A stretch of DNA of 64,000 nucleotides from Eledone cirrhosa (GCA_964016885.1 OZ024740.1:173848001-173912000); one strand, 5' to 3'. Counted from the first letter of the stretch, positions 1 to 13,597 are shown. A program made the numbers and translations. The notes: generated from the letters alone by a model not told the origin.

Positions 1-417
1 CACACCACATGCACAACAAATAACAAAAAAAGTAACAAAACGTCCAACATACCCCCAGCAAAACTATAACGATAATCCCAGAAACCATAGACAAAACTAA
101 AACCCTACTAACAAAAACCAAAGATCCCCGAACACAAGGCAGGACCTGATCCGCAGATCACAACCCACACAAAACCTATTCCCAAACCGTAGACCCCTGC
201 CCACACAGAGCCTGTTCCAAAACCATAGATCCCAACCCACACAAAGGAACCAAATCTACAACCCGGACTATCAACAAACCGAACCTCAATACGTCCGAAA
301 CTTCTATACAAGACCACACAACAACAGGGGAAATACCATTAGATATAATAATACCAATGAAAAAACATTCCAGAAAAATCATTTTTTAGACCAAGGCTAC
401 AGGACTCACGACACCCG

Positions 418-2687
418 GTGGCACAAACCGATTTTGAAAAACCGAAAATAATTAACATTTCAAATACAAACCTCTCAGCCCAACAAGTAAAAATTCTCTC
501 CAAAGGTCTGAAATTCACACCAACACCACAATATCCTAACCCCAACGAGATAAATGACGATATCTCACACTTCTGTAGAAAATTACGTCTCACAGAGAAA
601 TTCTTTGACAAGGAGAATAACGACGAATCAATTGTACGGAATAAAAGCAGCTACAACCCAACAAAAGGTAGAAACAGAGTTCTGGACAAATTTTGTGACC
701 ACATAGCTACCTTCCCATACCATGAACTACCGCAACCTAAACCCAAACCCAACACAAGTCGAAGGGAATGGGAGATTATCCATGAACTAAAAAACAATCC
801 GGACATTGTAATTAAGGAAGCGGACAAGGGAAGTACTGTTGTCATTATGGAGGCTGAAAAATATAAAAATTCTATGTTCTCTCTCTTACAAAATGCTAAT
901 TACTATGAAAGAGTAAAAAACTACCAGCAATCAAAAATAATGACCAAATTAAACACACTGATTTATCGATACCAGGAAGACCTAACTAAAAAGGAACGCG
1001 ATTATTTAACAAATTTTGAATACAAAACCAGCAACCTTTACGGACTTCCGAAGATCCACAAATGTAAAATAATCAACGATGCCTGTAAACAATCCACCTC
1101 AGCCTGCGTGAACACACAATACCCCACAGACCTTAAATTAAGACCAATTGTAGCGGGCCCACAATGTGAAACACACAGATTGAGCAACTTTATAGACATA
1201 CTACTGAAACCAATACTGAAACACATACCAAGCCTTGTAAGAGACGATCTGGACCTCTTAAACCACCTCCCCAAACATGTCAACAACGACACTATTATTG
1301 TGTCTTTCGATGTAGTGAATCTCTACACGACGATCCCACACCAATACAGACTAGAAGCAATAGGATTCTGGCTAGAGAAATATCCCAATGAGATACCTGA
1401 CAGAATAGAAAAAAGCTTCATCACCGAGGGATTAAAATTCATCCTACAGAACAACTTTTTTGATTTCGATGGCAATACTTACAAGCAAATATCGGGGACT
1501 GCGATGGGCACAAAAGCCGCTCCAACTTATGCCAACTTAGTCATGGCATACTTAGAAGTCCAGATATATGAACAGTCCAAATCAAAATACGGATTGAACT
1601 TCCACAAATATTTATCAGAGAATTGGAAACGCTACTTGGATGATTGCCTCATTCTTTGGTCCCACACACTCGACCAACTGAAGGATTTCAAAAACTTAAT
1701 AAACGGCATCAATAACCACATCCAATTCACAATGGAATACAGCCAAGATCAACTCCCATTTCTGGACATCTTAATCACAAAAAAGACACAAATATCGAAA
1801 CTGACATACACTACAAACCAACAGATTCCAAACAATATCTGCTATTCACCTCCAACCATCCAAAGCACACGAAGACGAACATTCCTTTTAACCTAGCAAG
1901 AAGAATTTGCACAATTGTCTCCAATTATGAAACGCGAAATAAAAGACTTCAAGAATTAAAGGAAATTCTACTTGAGAGAGAGTACCCACTATTACTAATA
2001 AATAATGGAATAGAAAGGGCTAAAGCAATAGGCATTGATGAATTACGGAAACAGAAACAAATTCAAGGTACGTCCAATATTCTATCATATATCTCAACAC
2101 ACAACCCAAGAAATGCGGAAGCTTACAACACTATTCACAATAACATCCCACTACTAAAACAAAACCCAAGAATGAAAAAAGCCCTTGAAACACACAAAAT
2201 AATCAAAAGCAAAAGACAACCAAAATCACTGAAAACATTACTCACCAATGCCAAATTACCTACCACAAACCCACAACCAAGTATCAAAAAATGTGGTCGC
2301 TCTAATTGTGGAACCTGCACTCACCTCATTGAAGGCAACACATATACATTTAAATCAGGACAAAATTTTACTGTAAAAAATCACTTCACTTGCTCATCAA
2401 AAAATCTAATTTATGCCATTAAATGTAAAGGATGCAATGAAGATTATATAGGACAAACTAAACTCACACTCAGAAACAGAATGACAGTTCATCGCCAACA
2501 ATTACGAGATCCAACCACGAGACAGATACCACTAAGTGCATATCTAGACATTTGCGCAAGTAATAAGACACCCAAATTCCAAGTCTTCCCATTTTATCTT
2601 TGCGCTAACAATACAACAGAACAAATGCGAATAAATAAGGAAAATATGTTTATTCAAAAATATAGACCAACATTAAATAAGGTTTAA
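418..2687 (+). pseudogene. PLE RT-GIY-YIG polyprotein with one frameshift
   Basis: ORF 418-1896 carries the RT. At the A-run ~1779-1784 the protein continues in the frame of ORF 2172-2687 (DTNIETDIHYKPTDSKQYL...NIPFNLARRI...), open through the GIY-YIG domain. The homopolymer indel may be a sequencing error. Confidence 0.85.
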
Positions 2688-3727
2688 TATACATTATGTC
2701 AACACCACAATATGACATACACACACACACATAACACCTTCTACTTTAGAAAATAAAAACCCGAACTAAATAAACCTTAAACATACGTTTGCACTGGCAA
2801 TACAACAGCAAACACGAAAAAGTCAGGAAAATATGTTCATTCAAAAATATTCCTACTAAAGGAATCATTTTCCTACACACACACATACACATACACACAA
2901 TATATATATATATATATATATATTCTCTTCATCTTAACATGCTAACCATACTCCCACACACATAACACCCATACACACACATAACAACCCCCACACCTAC
3001 AACACCCTCCCCATTTCTACTAATAGAACCACTTTCCTACACACATATATATATACACACACACAAAATATATATTCTCTCTATCTAACATACTCGCACA
3101 CACACACATAACACCCATATACACACACACACAACTCCCTCCCCCATCTCTACTAATAGAATCATCTTCCAATACACACATACACACACACACACACATA
3201 TATATACACACACACAAGCACACAAATAAACACATATCTTCAGTCTCAATAGAAAATCTGAACTCTGACACCTGAACTCTGACAGCTGGCCATATTCACT
3301 GAACCAGAACATTTCTCCCAGTCCCTTTTCCCTTGACCACTATCTCTCCATTGTAATAACATTCACTATAAAGACTACAGAATAGTTTTCCAAATAAGGG
3401 CGCAAAAATGTAATGAAAACTTGTTCACGTGACAGCCAAATTTCATTTATAACCAACCAAAAAAAAGCCTTCGTGAGCCTCATTTTTTCAAGTAAAAAGA
3501 AATTCAAACACTCATATATGAAAAAACAACCTGTGACAACCCCCCCCTCTCTTATTTGAAGAACTATTGTAACGCGAACTGGCGCGAAATTTATTATAAT
3601 TATTGACAAACCAATCAAATTACTTCTCGAAAAACCTGGTTTTCGAGCCACTTTTTCCATATAAAACAAGTAACATTTAGAGACCAACCAGATGTGAGAA
3701 AAACCACAGACCCTCCATCTCAACTCA

Positions 3728-3765
3728 CCTTTTGAAAAGCAGAAGAACTGCGAAACCGGTAAAGG
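3728..3765 (+). ncRNA. Type I minimal hammerhead ribozyme, U3-A8 core variant
   Basis: cctt-TTGAAAA-gcag aagaa ctgc-GAAA-ccgg-TA-aagg: stems I and II pair fully, stem III palindromic. Confidence 0.8.
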
Positions 3766-3921
3766 AACCAAATAAATATATATATTTAAAAAAAAAATAA
3801 GACTTCAGTTGCATTTTCGATTTCATCCCTTTTTCTTTATACTTCCACTCGTGTAGGACACCTCGGTTATTTTTCATTTTGTAAAAAAAACCTCACTTTC
3901 TAATATATATATATATATATA

Positions 3922-4220
3922 CGATATATTAACAAAAGGAAACTCCCGGAGCTTCCAACAGAAATGGTCGCATTCTTTAAGGGTATGTCAATATTTATTT
4001 ATAAAACTGATCTATATTATATTTTATCTGATGAAAGCACACCATACTTTAATTTAACTTGGTGTCCTTGAAATATGTATAATGAAATAAATATGGTTTT
4101 ATAAATATAGTTTCCATTTGTTAATATATCGTATTTTTACTCCAATAATTTGTTGAGTTCTTTATATCAGTTATAAAAATATTTGCTTGTTATATCCCAA
4201 CAATTTAAATAGAACTTCTA
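3922..4220 (+). mobile_element. Short non-coding PLE 3' end (pLTR) between TA tracts; relative of ~12295-12555
   Basis: Colinear similarity to 12295-12555 and contains a hammerhead. Confidence 0.7.
4021..4088 (+). ncRNA. Type I hammerhead ribozyme
   Basis: attttat-CTGATGA-aag c acacca...tggtgt c ctt-GAAA-tatgta-TA-atgaaat. Confidence 0.8.
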
Positions 4221-4278
4221 CATATATATATATAAATACATTATCGGAGAAAGCTAATAGCTATACTCCGGCCAAATC

Positions 4279-4645
<367 letters not shown>

Positions 4646-4647
<2 letters not shown>

Positions 4648-6031
4648 TTTAGCGAGGTTTTTTATATGAAATCGTGTGTCGAAACAGATATTGTTATACT
4701 TGGGGAGGGTCATATTTGCGTAATATTGCCAGAATTAATAACAGAACACACTCACTCTTTGGTTGGTTTTCGCTTCTCGCTGTCTTTTATATCTGCGATC
4801 TAACTTACTCGGTCCTCAATGTTGCCATTGACTGACCGACGGTCAAAAATAATACAGATACAATATAGACACAAACACATATATAGTTTACATAATTTAC
4901 ATAAATCTTTCGTTGCACATCTGCAACATCGTCAGTGGTGTTATATTCTTTGTTCCTCCTGTTGTGTTGTATGTCTACGCCATTTTTTATTCAGTCTGTC
5001 TATATACTTATTTATTTATTTGCTTGTTTGTTTATCTTATTTTATTTTGTCTTCTTTGCGCATGCGTTTGCGTGTGTGTATAGTGTTATGTGTGCTGTGT
5101 GACTAGTGTGTATAGTGTTGTGTCTGCTGGGTGACTAGTGTGTGTTTATGTGCTTGTTGTTATTGTGCTTGTGTATGTATTTATTTATCTTATTTTATTT
5201 TATTTTATTTACTTATTTATACTTCTCTTAGGTCAGTGTTGTTTGTTTGGGTGTTGTTGTTGTTCCACTCATTCTTTCTGTTTAGCTTTGGTCTTCTAAT
5301 TTCTATTTCACTGGCCTCTCTGATTTGCCTATGTGCTGGGTCATTCCTATGTTTAGATATTATTCTAATTTCTATGTTGTCTATGTTACCGTCATGTTGT
5401 TGTCTAGCATGTTCGTATAGTACTGACCCGTTTTTTCGTCCTTTTAGTTCCCCCCAGTGTTGGTCTATCCTTTCACCTATGCTACGAGCTGTCTCACCTA
5501 TGTATGTTGTTGTCATGTTTCTGCAAGTACCCTCTGTACATCTTATGCTATAGACTACGTTTCTAGTTTTACAGTTTATCCGGGGGTTCACCTTACATAT
5601 GATACATTTCCTATTGGTACAGTGGGTTTTCTTAAAAGGGTAGGTTTTGCTGATCAGGGATTTTATGGTGGTTTTCTACCACCTTTATTTTTAAGTGGGT
5701 CTTTCTCAGGGTCTTTCTACACTGGTTAGCTAATTTCCCTCCAGGGGTGGCGTCCACAAACATGACACTCTGATATCTCTGGTTGTCGTACCATGATGTG
5801 GCCTTCCCTATCTTATGTCTAGCCCTATCTAAGCTATTCTATGATTTGCTCCTGTATAGTGGGCAAATTCCTTTCATGTCCAGTTCTATGAGGGTCATAT
5901 ACTTTTCCATGGCTCCTTCGTATACTCTGACTCTGTCTCTTTGGTTGTAGCCAGAGAACTGCATGCGGTTGATGAAGTGTTGGATGTGTCTTTCCATTTC
6001 TGTTGGGTCGCACATGCTGGACACATTCTTC
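4646..6031 (-). mobile_element. 5'-truncated PLE (GIY-YIG part plus 3' UTR), near-identical to 34480-36240
   Basis: ORF 5217-5591 (-) NCKTRNVVYSIRC...YIGETARS matches the C-terminus of ORF 34447-35718; UTR matches; both ends in TA tracts. Confidence 0.9.
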
Positions 6032-6087
6032 ATATACGTATATATATATACGTATATATATATATACGTATGTATACGTATATATAC

Positions 6088-6147
<60 letters not shown>

Positions 6148-6172
6148 GTATATATATATACATACACGTATA

Positions 6173-6313
<141 letters not shown>

Positions 6314-6341
6314 GTGTATATATATATATATATATATATAT

Positions 6342-6742
6342 AAACGGAAAAAAATGAAACGAAATTTCATTTCTCACTCTTAGTACGGCTGTTACTTAAA
6401 TATAAGTATGTATACGTACATACATATATGTATACAGACGTACAGTAGTATGTATATATATATATACATACATGCACACATATATATATGGTTGTTAGAC
6501 ACTGTACGGCTTAATTCGGGATGTTTGTTCACAAACACATCGAGCATTATAATAAATGTTCGGTGAATCCATACCTACATATATGTGTGCATGTATGTAT
6601 ATATATATATACATACTACTGTACGTCTGTATACATATATGTATGTACGTATACATACTTATATTTAAGTAACAGCCGTGCTAAGAGTGAGAAATGAAAT
6701 TTCGTTTCATTTTTTTCCGTTTATATATATATATATACACAC

Positions 6743-6818
<76 letters not shown>

Positions 6819-7225
6819 GTGTATATATATATACATATATATATATTTTCCGTTTATAGTTTTCGGTACGCCCTGCCGATTAACTCACTCGATATGCAAA
6901 TTAAGCTGCTCAGCCGTTAATATGCATAAGGAAAGTATATACTTTCAGACGTTCAATCATCAGGAAGGAAGGTATACGTTGCTGACGATAGCTAATAAGC
7001 TTGAAACTAGTACAGCATTCCTTTGTCAGTGTTGAACAAATGAGCAACAATGGTTGCTAGACACTGTACGGCTTAATTCAGGATGTTTGTTTACAAACAC
7101 ACCGAGCATTATAATAAATGTTCGGTGAATCTATACGTACATATATGTCTGCATATATGTATATATATATATACATACTACTGTACGTCTGTATACATAT
7201 ATGTATGTACGTATACATACTTATA
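6342..7225 (+). mobile_element. Non-coding hammerhead element (retrozyme-like, copy A) with terminal direct repeat and inverted 5' piece
   Basis: 6488-6663 repeats at 7050-7225; 6342-6488 is the reverse complement of ~6578-6722; hammerhead at 6978-7016; no credible ORF. Confidence 0.75.
6978..7016 (+). ncRNA. Type I minimal hammerhead ribozyme
   Basis: gttg-CTGACGA-t agct aata agct t-GAAA-ctag-TA-cagc. Confidence 0.85.
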
Positions 7226-7226
7226 A

Positions 7227-7276
<50 letters not shown>

Positions 7277-9210
7277 CACCCTGGACGCCTTCGTCGATGC
7301 CAGCTGTAGCGCAGTAAATCGTTTCGACTTCCGCCACCGTTCCAAACGGCACAACATCTCACGGGGCGAACTCCTCGCTCTCCGCTCCCTCCGTAGCCGA
7401 GATGACATCGTCATCAAACCGGCGGACAAGGGAGGCGCCGTGGTGGTATGGCGCGCGGACCTCTACACGGCCGAAGCCCTCAGGCAGCTCTGTAACCCAC
7501 TCTTTTACCGCCCTCTACCCTCCGATCCCACCCCCCTCTACCAACAACAAGTCTCCTCCACCATCAAAGACCTTATCGCCTCCTCCCTCCTCCCCCCCAC
7601 CGCTTCCCACCTCATCGTCCGCACACCCCGCACGCCCACCATCTACTTCCTCCCCAAACTCCACAAACCCGACAACCCCGGCCGCCCCATCGTCTCCGCT
7701 TGCAACTGCCCCACCGAACTCATCTCCGCCTTTCTCGACTCCCTCCTCGCCCCCCTTGTCACCACCCTCCCCTCCCACATCTCTGACACCAACCACGCCC
7801 TGCGCCTTTTCGACTCCTTCACCTACCTACCCGGCCCTCAGCCATTCCTCTTCACCCTAGACATCAAGTCCCTCTATACCGTCATCCCCCACGCCGACGG
7901 CCTTCGCGCCCTCAAACACTACCTCGACCTTCGCCCCTCCCCCATTCCCTCCACCCCCACCCTCCTTCGCCTCGCCGAGCTGGTCCTCACCCTAAATTGT
8001 TTCTCCTTCTCGGGTGAGTTTTACCAACAGGTCACGGGGGTAGCCATGGGCACAAGAATGGGCCCGAACTATGCCAACCTTTTTGTTGGCCATGTTGAGG
8101 CCCAAATCTTTGCCCAGTACACCGGCCCCACGCCCGAACTGTACGGTCGTTACATTGACGACTGTATCGGAGCCACGACCCTCACCCGAGTACAGCTCGA
8201 CTCCTTTCTCTCCTTCTTCTGCTCCTTCCACCCCTCCCTCCATTTCACCACCTCTATCTCCACCACCCACGTCCACCTCTTGGACATCTCCGTCGCCTTC
8301 GACCCCTCCCACCACTCCCTCGTCACCTCCGCCTTCTTCAAACCCACCGACTCCCACTCTTACCTCGACTTCACCTCTTCCCACCCCACCCACACTAAAC
8401 TCTCCATTCCCTACTCCCAACTTCTCAGGATCCGCCGTCTCTGTAGCCGAGATGCTGACTTCGAGTCCCAGGCCCTTTCCCTAGTCAGCCATTTCATCCG
8501 CAGAGGTTACCCCCCTCTCTCGTCCACACCGCTCTCACCCGCGCCCGTGCTATCCCCCGCTCCACCACCCTCACCCCACGCCACCGCACACCCACCCATC
8601 GTCTCCCCTTCCCCATCACCTACCACCCCTCCACCGCACCATCCGCCGCCTCTTCCGACACCTCCAGTCCGACCCCTCCACCTCCCACATCTTCCCAACC
8701 CCACCACTCCCCTCCTTCAAACGCGCACGCAATCTCCGCACCCTCCTCGTCCACAGCTCCCTACCCCCCAACCCACGCTCCGGTTCCCCCCCCGGTTCCT
8801 TCCCCTGTTCTAGGCCCCGCTGCAACACCTGTCCCCACATCACCAACACCACCACCTTCCAGGGTCCCAACGGCCACCCTCTCTCGGTCCGGCATGCCTT
8901 CCGCTGCACCTCCTCCAACCTAGTCTACGGACTTCGTTGCACGAGGTGCAGCGCGACTTATGTCGGACAGACGGGACGCCGCCTGGCGGACCGAGTCACG
9001 GAGCACATCCGGGACATTCGTCTCGGGGGCAGTTCCCCCATCGCCCGCCACTTTGGTGGCCCTGGACACTCCGCACGCCATCTCACAGTCTGTGGCCTAC
9101 TCCAGTGCTACGGAACACCCGCCCATCGCCTTACGGTCGAACAACGTACTATCTTCATCTTACAGACCCACACTCCCCCCGGCCTGAACTCCCCACCCTT
9201 ATTCCTTTAG
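7277..9210 (+). pseudogene. PLE RT-GIY-YIG coding region with frameshift(s) near 8510-8640
   Basis: IKPADKGGAVVVW, YFLPKLHK, GRPIVS, GVAMGT, RYIDD; later PCSRPRCNTC...LVYGLRCTRCSATYVGQTGRRL in another frame, stop TAG 9208-9210. Confidence 0.85.
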
Positions 9211-9675
9211 CGTTCGACCGCCCCCCTCCCCCACTTATCCCCCACTAACACCACTAACACACCCCTCCTTTTCACCGCCCACCCCACACTAACAATACTA
9301 ACACCTCCACCTCACCCCTCATCTACCCACCCTTCCCCAACTAACATACTAACATCCCTTCCCTCCCCTCTTCTCCTCCTCCCCCTCCTTATCACACGCA
9401 CACACTTACACTACCCACCCCACACGCAACTAACATCACTAACACCCTCCAACCCCACGCACACGTACCCACACACCCTCGTACACCACCAACTCTACAC
9501 ACCCTACCCCCACTCACACCTGCATTCCACCCCTCCCCACCTCCCGTCTACTAACACCCACTAACACCTCCCCACCAAACTACACACACACCAGTACACC
9601 ACACTCCCTCCATAGAACCACACACACCCTTCTCTCCCCACTCCACACTCACTCATCCCACTAACACCCCTACCA

Positions 9676-9712
<37 letters not shown>

Positions 9713-10535
9713 CCTCACTCCAACTCTCACACCTACCCATCCTCGCCTCCCTACCATTCCGCCGACTGCTGCTATGCCCTTCCGACCACTGTCTCAGCAC
9801 CAACTGACCACAGCACTTCCACCGCTGACCACTTCCTGTTGCGCGCGCACCCCACATCTCTCCTCTTCCGACCACCGCTTCTTGGATTACCCACACGCGT
9901 TTTGACTTCTCACCAAAATCTCCATACATCCGTGTAACCACTTTTCAACCACCCTCTTACACCACCACCTATATAACTCACCCACACACACACACCCCAA
10001 AACAATTTTTTTATCCACACGCCACCCACACCCACAACACGCTTAAACCACACACACGTGCTTCCCACCACATATTTACACCCTCAGCCCCCTGATTCCT
10101 CTCCCCCCACCCCCCTATCCACACACGCACAGACCCTCCGACCCACAAAAACACCCCCCACACACACCTTCCTGAACATGCAACCCCGTTCTTCCCCCAA
10201 CCCTCACTTTCACATACACACACACACACACACACGCACACCTAACCACACACACCACCTTCAGCCCTCTCCGCTCGGACACCCCGTCTCCCTCTCCCCA
10301 CTCCACCCGCCACCACCCCTACTCACCCCACACCCTTCCACCACCTGTTTACCCCCCTTTTAATTTCAGTTTATTTTGATCATGCCTTTATTTTTAAATT
10401 TTCTCATTCCTTGTATTTTGATCATGCTTTATTTTTATTTATTATTTATTATATTTTTGTCTTTATTTGTTAATTTTTCATTCGCACCGTTTCCTTTCGC
10501 TATATGTCTCTCCACCACTCCTCTACACACCTTTT

Positions 10536-10610
10536 GAATTCTCACCTGAAGAAGGGCTTATGCCCGAAACGTCGTCCTCCACCTACCCCCCACTCTCCTG
10601 AGCGTGAATT
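10536..10610 (+). ncRNA. Probable type I hammerhead ribozyme (weak stem I)
   Basis: CTGAAGA-a gggc ttat gccc-GAAA-cg-TC at 10546-10573; stem I only 2 bp unless extended by gag/gaattt near 10599-10610. Confidence 0.6.
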
Positions 10611-10727
10611 TAATAAACATTTATCGTACTGCCTCTCTGTTCTGTCCCTGTTCAATTTTTCATTATATATATATATATATATATATTTATTAAAATAACA
10701 GATTAAAGTTTAAGCAAAGAATCGGTG

Positions 10728-10803
<76 letters not shown>

Positions 10804-10931
10804 CCTTATGATTTCTAAAGAATGAAACAGTTCTAGTCCTGTAGAATCTCATCTATATTAAAACTTTTATACTCTGCAATGTATTGAGTACCTTACTTAC
10901 TGTGGTTACCTCCGATTCAACCCGGAATAAC

Positions 10932-11026
<95 letters not shown>

Positions 11027-11209
11027 AGAATTAGTTAATTTGTATTCCAATGTTACTAAGTAGTTGCATTGGATGGAGTCAACTGACGTCAGAGATTGCT
11101 CAACGTATAATAAAGTGTGTTTTAAAATCCGGAGAAAATATGGAGAAAAAATTTAAACAATTGTTATCTAATAAATTCTATATACCCGCATTTCCATTTC
11201 GTAAATTTT

Positions 11210-11247
<38 letters not shown>

Positions 11248-11573
11248 GTATATATATATATATATATGAAAAACAAGGGGAAGAAGAATACTGCATGGTT
11301 GCACATGAATTACATATTATAAAATTAGTCCCTCATCAGTGATTTTGCCAACCATCATTGGTATTTCATCGCATTAAAAATCAGATACCTCAGGTTGGTG
11401 CGAGCAATAACTAAAATAAGCTATTGGGACAAGTGAAACGCGTAAAGCGAGTGAGACAAGAAAACAACAGAAGAAAAAGCAAACCGAAGGTTGGAAAACA
11501 GCAAGCCACATGGTAGTTATCCGATCAGCATAAGCTGGGTGAATTTCATGAGCGGTTATACATATATATATAC

Positions 11574-11619
<46 letters not shown>

Positions 11620-11639
11620 ATGTACGTATATATGTGTGT

Positions 11640-12554
11640 ATAGCAGTGATCAAGTGAAATCATTTGCGCTTTGTGTGTCTATATTATTGGCTTGAGTAGA
11701 CATAATTTCTATTTTCAGGACGTACATATGTGTGTATATATATATACATATTTGTATCCTGATTTTTATAAATAGAGTACTTTTTGAAAGATTTAACTCA
11801 GATTTTGGTATATTGATCTCAAGTTTTTAAACTAAACATATGGTCATTATTGAACAATGTTATTTACTCATATTATATATCTATGTCCCATTCATGAACA
11901 TTGATATTTATATTTTTATTATTCATTTCATATAAATTGTTAACTCAACTTAATATGACATGACGTAAAGTTGTCACTATCTCCCCCTCTCTCTCTATAG
12001 TATTTTCTCTCTCTTGAGTTTTTCTATCTGTATGATGACTTATTATCTCTCTGTTGCTTTCCTTTGTTTTTCTTATTTCTTCCTTTTTTCTTTCTTTTTT
12101 ATTTCCTCCTATCTATTTATCTCTTTCTTTTCTACATACATTTCTCTCTCCGATATTTCTCCAGGTTTTCTTTTTCTCTCTCTCCTTCTTTCTCGCTCCT
12201 TCTCTCTCTCCGTTTTTTCTTTCTCTCCGTCTTTTTCTAATTGTGCTTAACACTTTAACTAATAAAATAATATAAACATCTCACTATCCAGACAGCTTCC
12301 AAAAATAATGGTTGCATTTAATAGGGTACGTCAAAATTATTTATAAAACTGTTTATATATTGTATTTTGTCTGATGAAGGCATACCATATTTTAATTTGG
12401 TATCCCTGAAATATGTATAATGAAATAAATATGGTTTTATAAATATAGTTTCCATTTATTAATATCGTATATCTACTCCAAAAACTTGTCGAGTGTTTTA
12501 TATCAGTTATAAAATATTTACTTGTTGTATCCCAACAATTTTAAATAGAACTTT

Positions 12555-12555
<1 letters not shown>
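11640..12555 (+). mobile_element. Non-coding PLE 3' UTR/pLTR fragment
   Basis: Pyrimidine tract followed by a hammerhead, same layout as 31800-32270; terminal ~260 bp similar to 3950-4220. Confidence 0.6.
12364..12426 (+). ncRNA. Type I hammerhead ribozyme
   Basis: attttgt-CTGATGA-agg c atacca...tggtat c cct-GAAA-tatgta-TA-atgaaat; compensatory stem II changes relative to 4021-4088. Confidence 0.85.
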
Positions 12556-12612
<57 letters not shown>

Positions 12613-12615
12613 TAC

Positions 12616-12648
<33 letters not shown>

Positions 12649-12652
12649 CGTG

Positions 12653-12690
<38 letters not shown>

Positions 12691-12721
12691 CGTGTATATA
12701 TATATACGTGTAAATATATAT

Positions 12722-12871
12722 ATAGATCCCGTTAAGGGTGAAAGCAGCGATTCTTTGCTGAAACTTTAATCTGTTATTTTAATAGATATTTGCTCTACGG
12801 TTCTTATATATTTGAAATAAATTTTCCTTATCGAGCCCTCTTTGGATTTTAGTCTTCAATTTTATTATTAT

Positions 12872-12918
<47 letters not shown>

Positions 12919-13050
12919 CGTATTTATATATATATACGTATTTATATATATATATATTTATATATATATATATATACGTGTATATATATAAGATCCCGTT
13001 AAGCGTGAAAGCAGCGATTCTTTGCTTAAAATTTAATCTGTTATTTTAAT
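12722..13050 (+). repeat. Short dispersed repeat, two copies (~12724-12790, ~12991-13050)
   Basis: gatcccgttaag.gtgaaagcagcgattctttgct...tttaatctgttattttaat; reverse-complement fragments at ~10688-10730 and ~34285-34325. Confidence 0.6.
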
Positions 13051-13064
13051 AAATTAATAAATAA

Positions 13065-13128
<64 letters not shown>

Positions 13129-13391
13129 ACGTGTATATACATATACGTATATATATATATACGTGTATATATATATATATATACATGTATTTATATATAT
13201 ATATATCACGATAAATTAACGGAGGCATAGGCCGTCGTTATTCCCTGTAAATAATGTGCCCAAAGGGGAAGAGATCCTGAGCCCTTTAGAATATAATATG
13301 TTGAGAAGGTAACACACCAGAGAGAGACATATCTCTCTCTGGTGTGTTACCTTCTCAACATATTATATATATATATATATATATATACGTG

Positions 13392-13453
<62 letters not shown>

Positions 13454-13557
13454 CGTGTGTGTATATATATATATATATACGTGTATATATATATATATTA
13501 TATGTATACGTGTATATATATATATACGTGTGTATATATATATGTATATATATATAC

Positions 13558-13597
<40 letters not shown>

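Larger units (their letters stand above)
1..3790 (+). mobile_element. Penelope-like retroelement (Neptune-like), starts before the window; RT + GIY-YIG, CA-rich 3' UTR, terminal hammerhead
   Basis: RT motifs IKEADKG, YGLPKIHK, RPIV, GTAMGT, RYLDD; downstream CGRSNCGTC...LIYAIKC..C..YIGQT endonuclease; ends at a TA tract just after a hammerhead and AATAAA. Confidence 0.9.
7277..10662 (+). mobile_element. C-rich Penelope-like retroelement (Neptune-like), 5'-truncated
   Basis: RT and GIY-YIG coding region, ~1.4 kb C/A-rich 3' UTR, hammerhead core and AATAAA near the end, TA tracts on both sides. Confidence 0.9.

Noticed and set aside
1779-1784. Programmed frameshift in the first PLE
   Set aside because: PLEs have a single ORF and the shift lies in a homopolymer; indel or sequencing error is more likely
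7402-8918. Pro/Ser-rich and Gly-rich overlapping ORFs
   Set aside because: Alternative-frame and antisense products of the C-rich PLE ORF
11270-11350. CTGATGA-ggga on the minus strand as a hammerhead
   Set aside because: No GAAA or cleavage triplet before the TA tract; at most a truncated motif
12730-12780. gtgaaagcagcgattctttgctGAAAc as a hammerhead
   Set aside because: The core does not fit CUGANGA or a 3-8 covariant, and GAAA is not kept in the other copies
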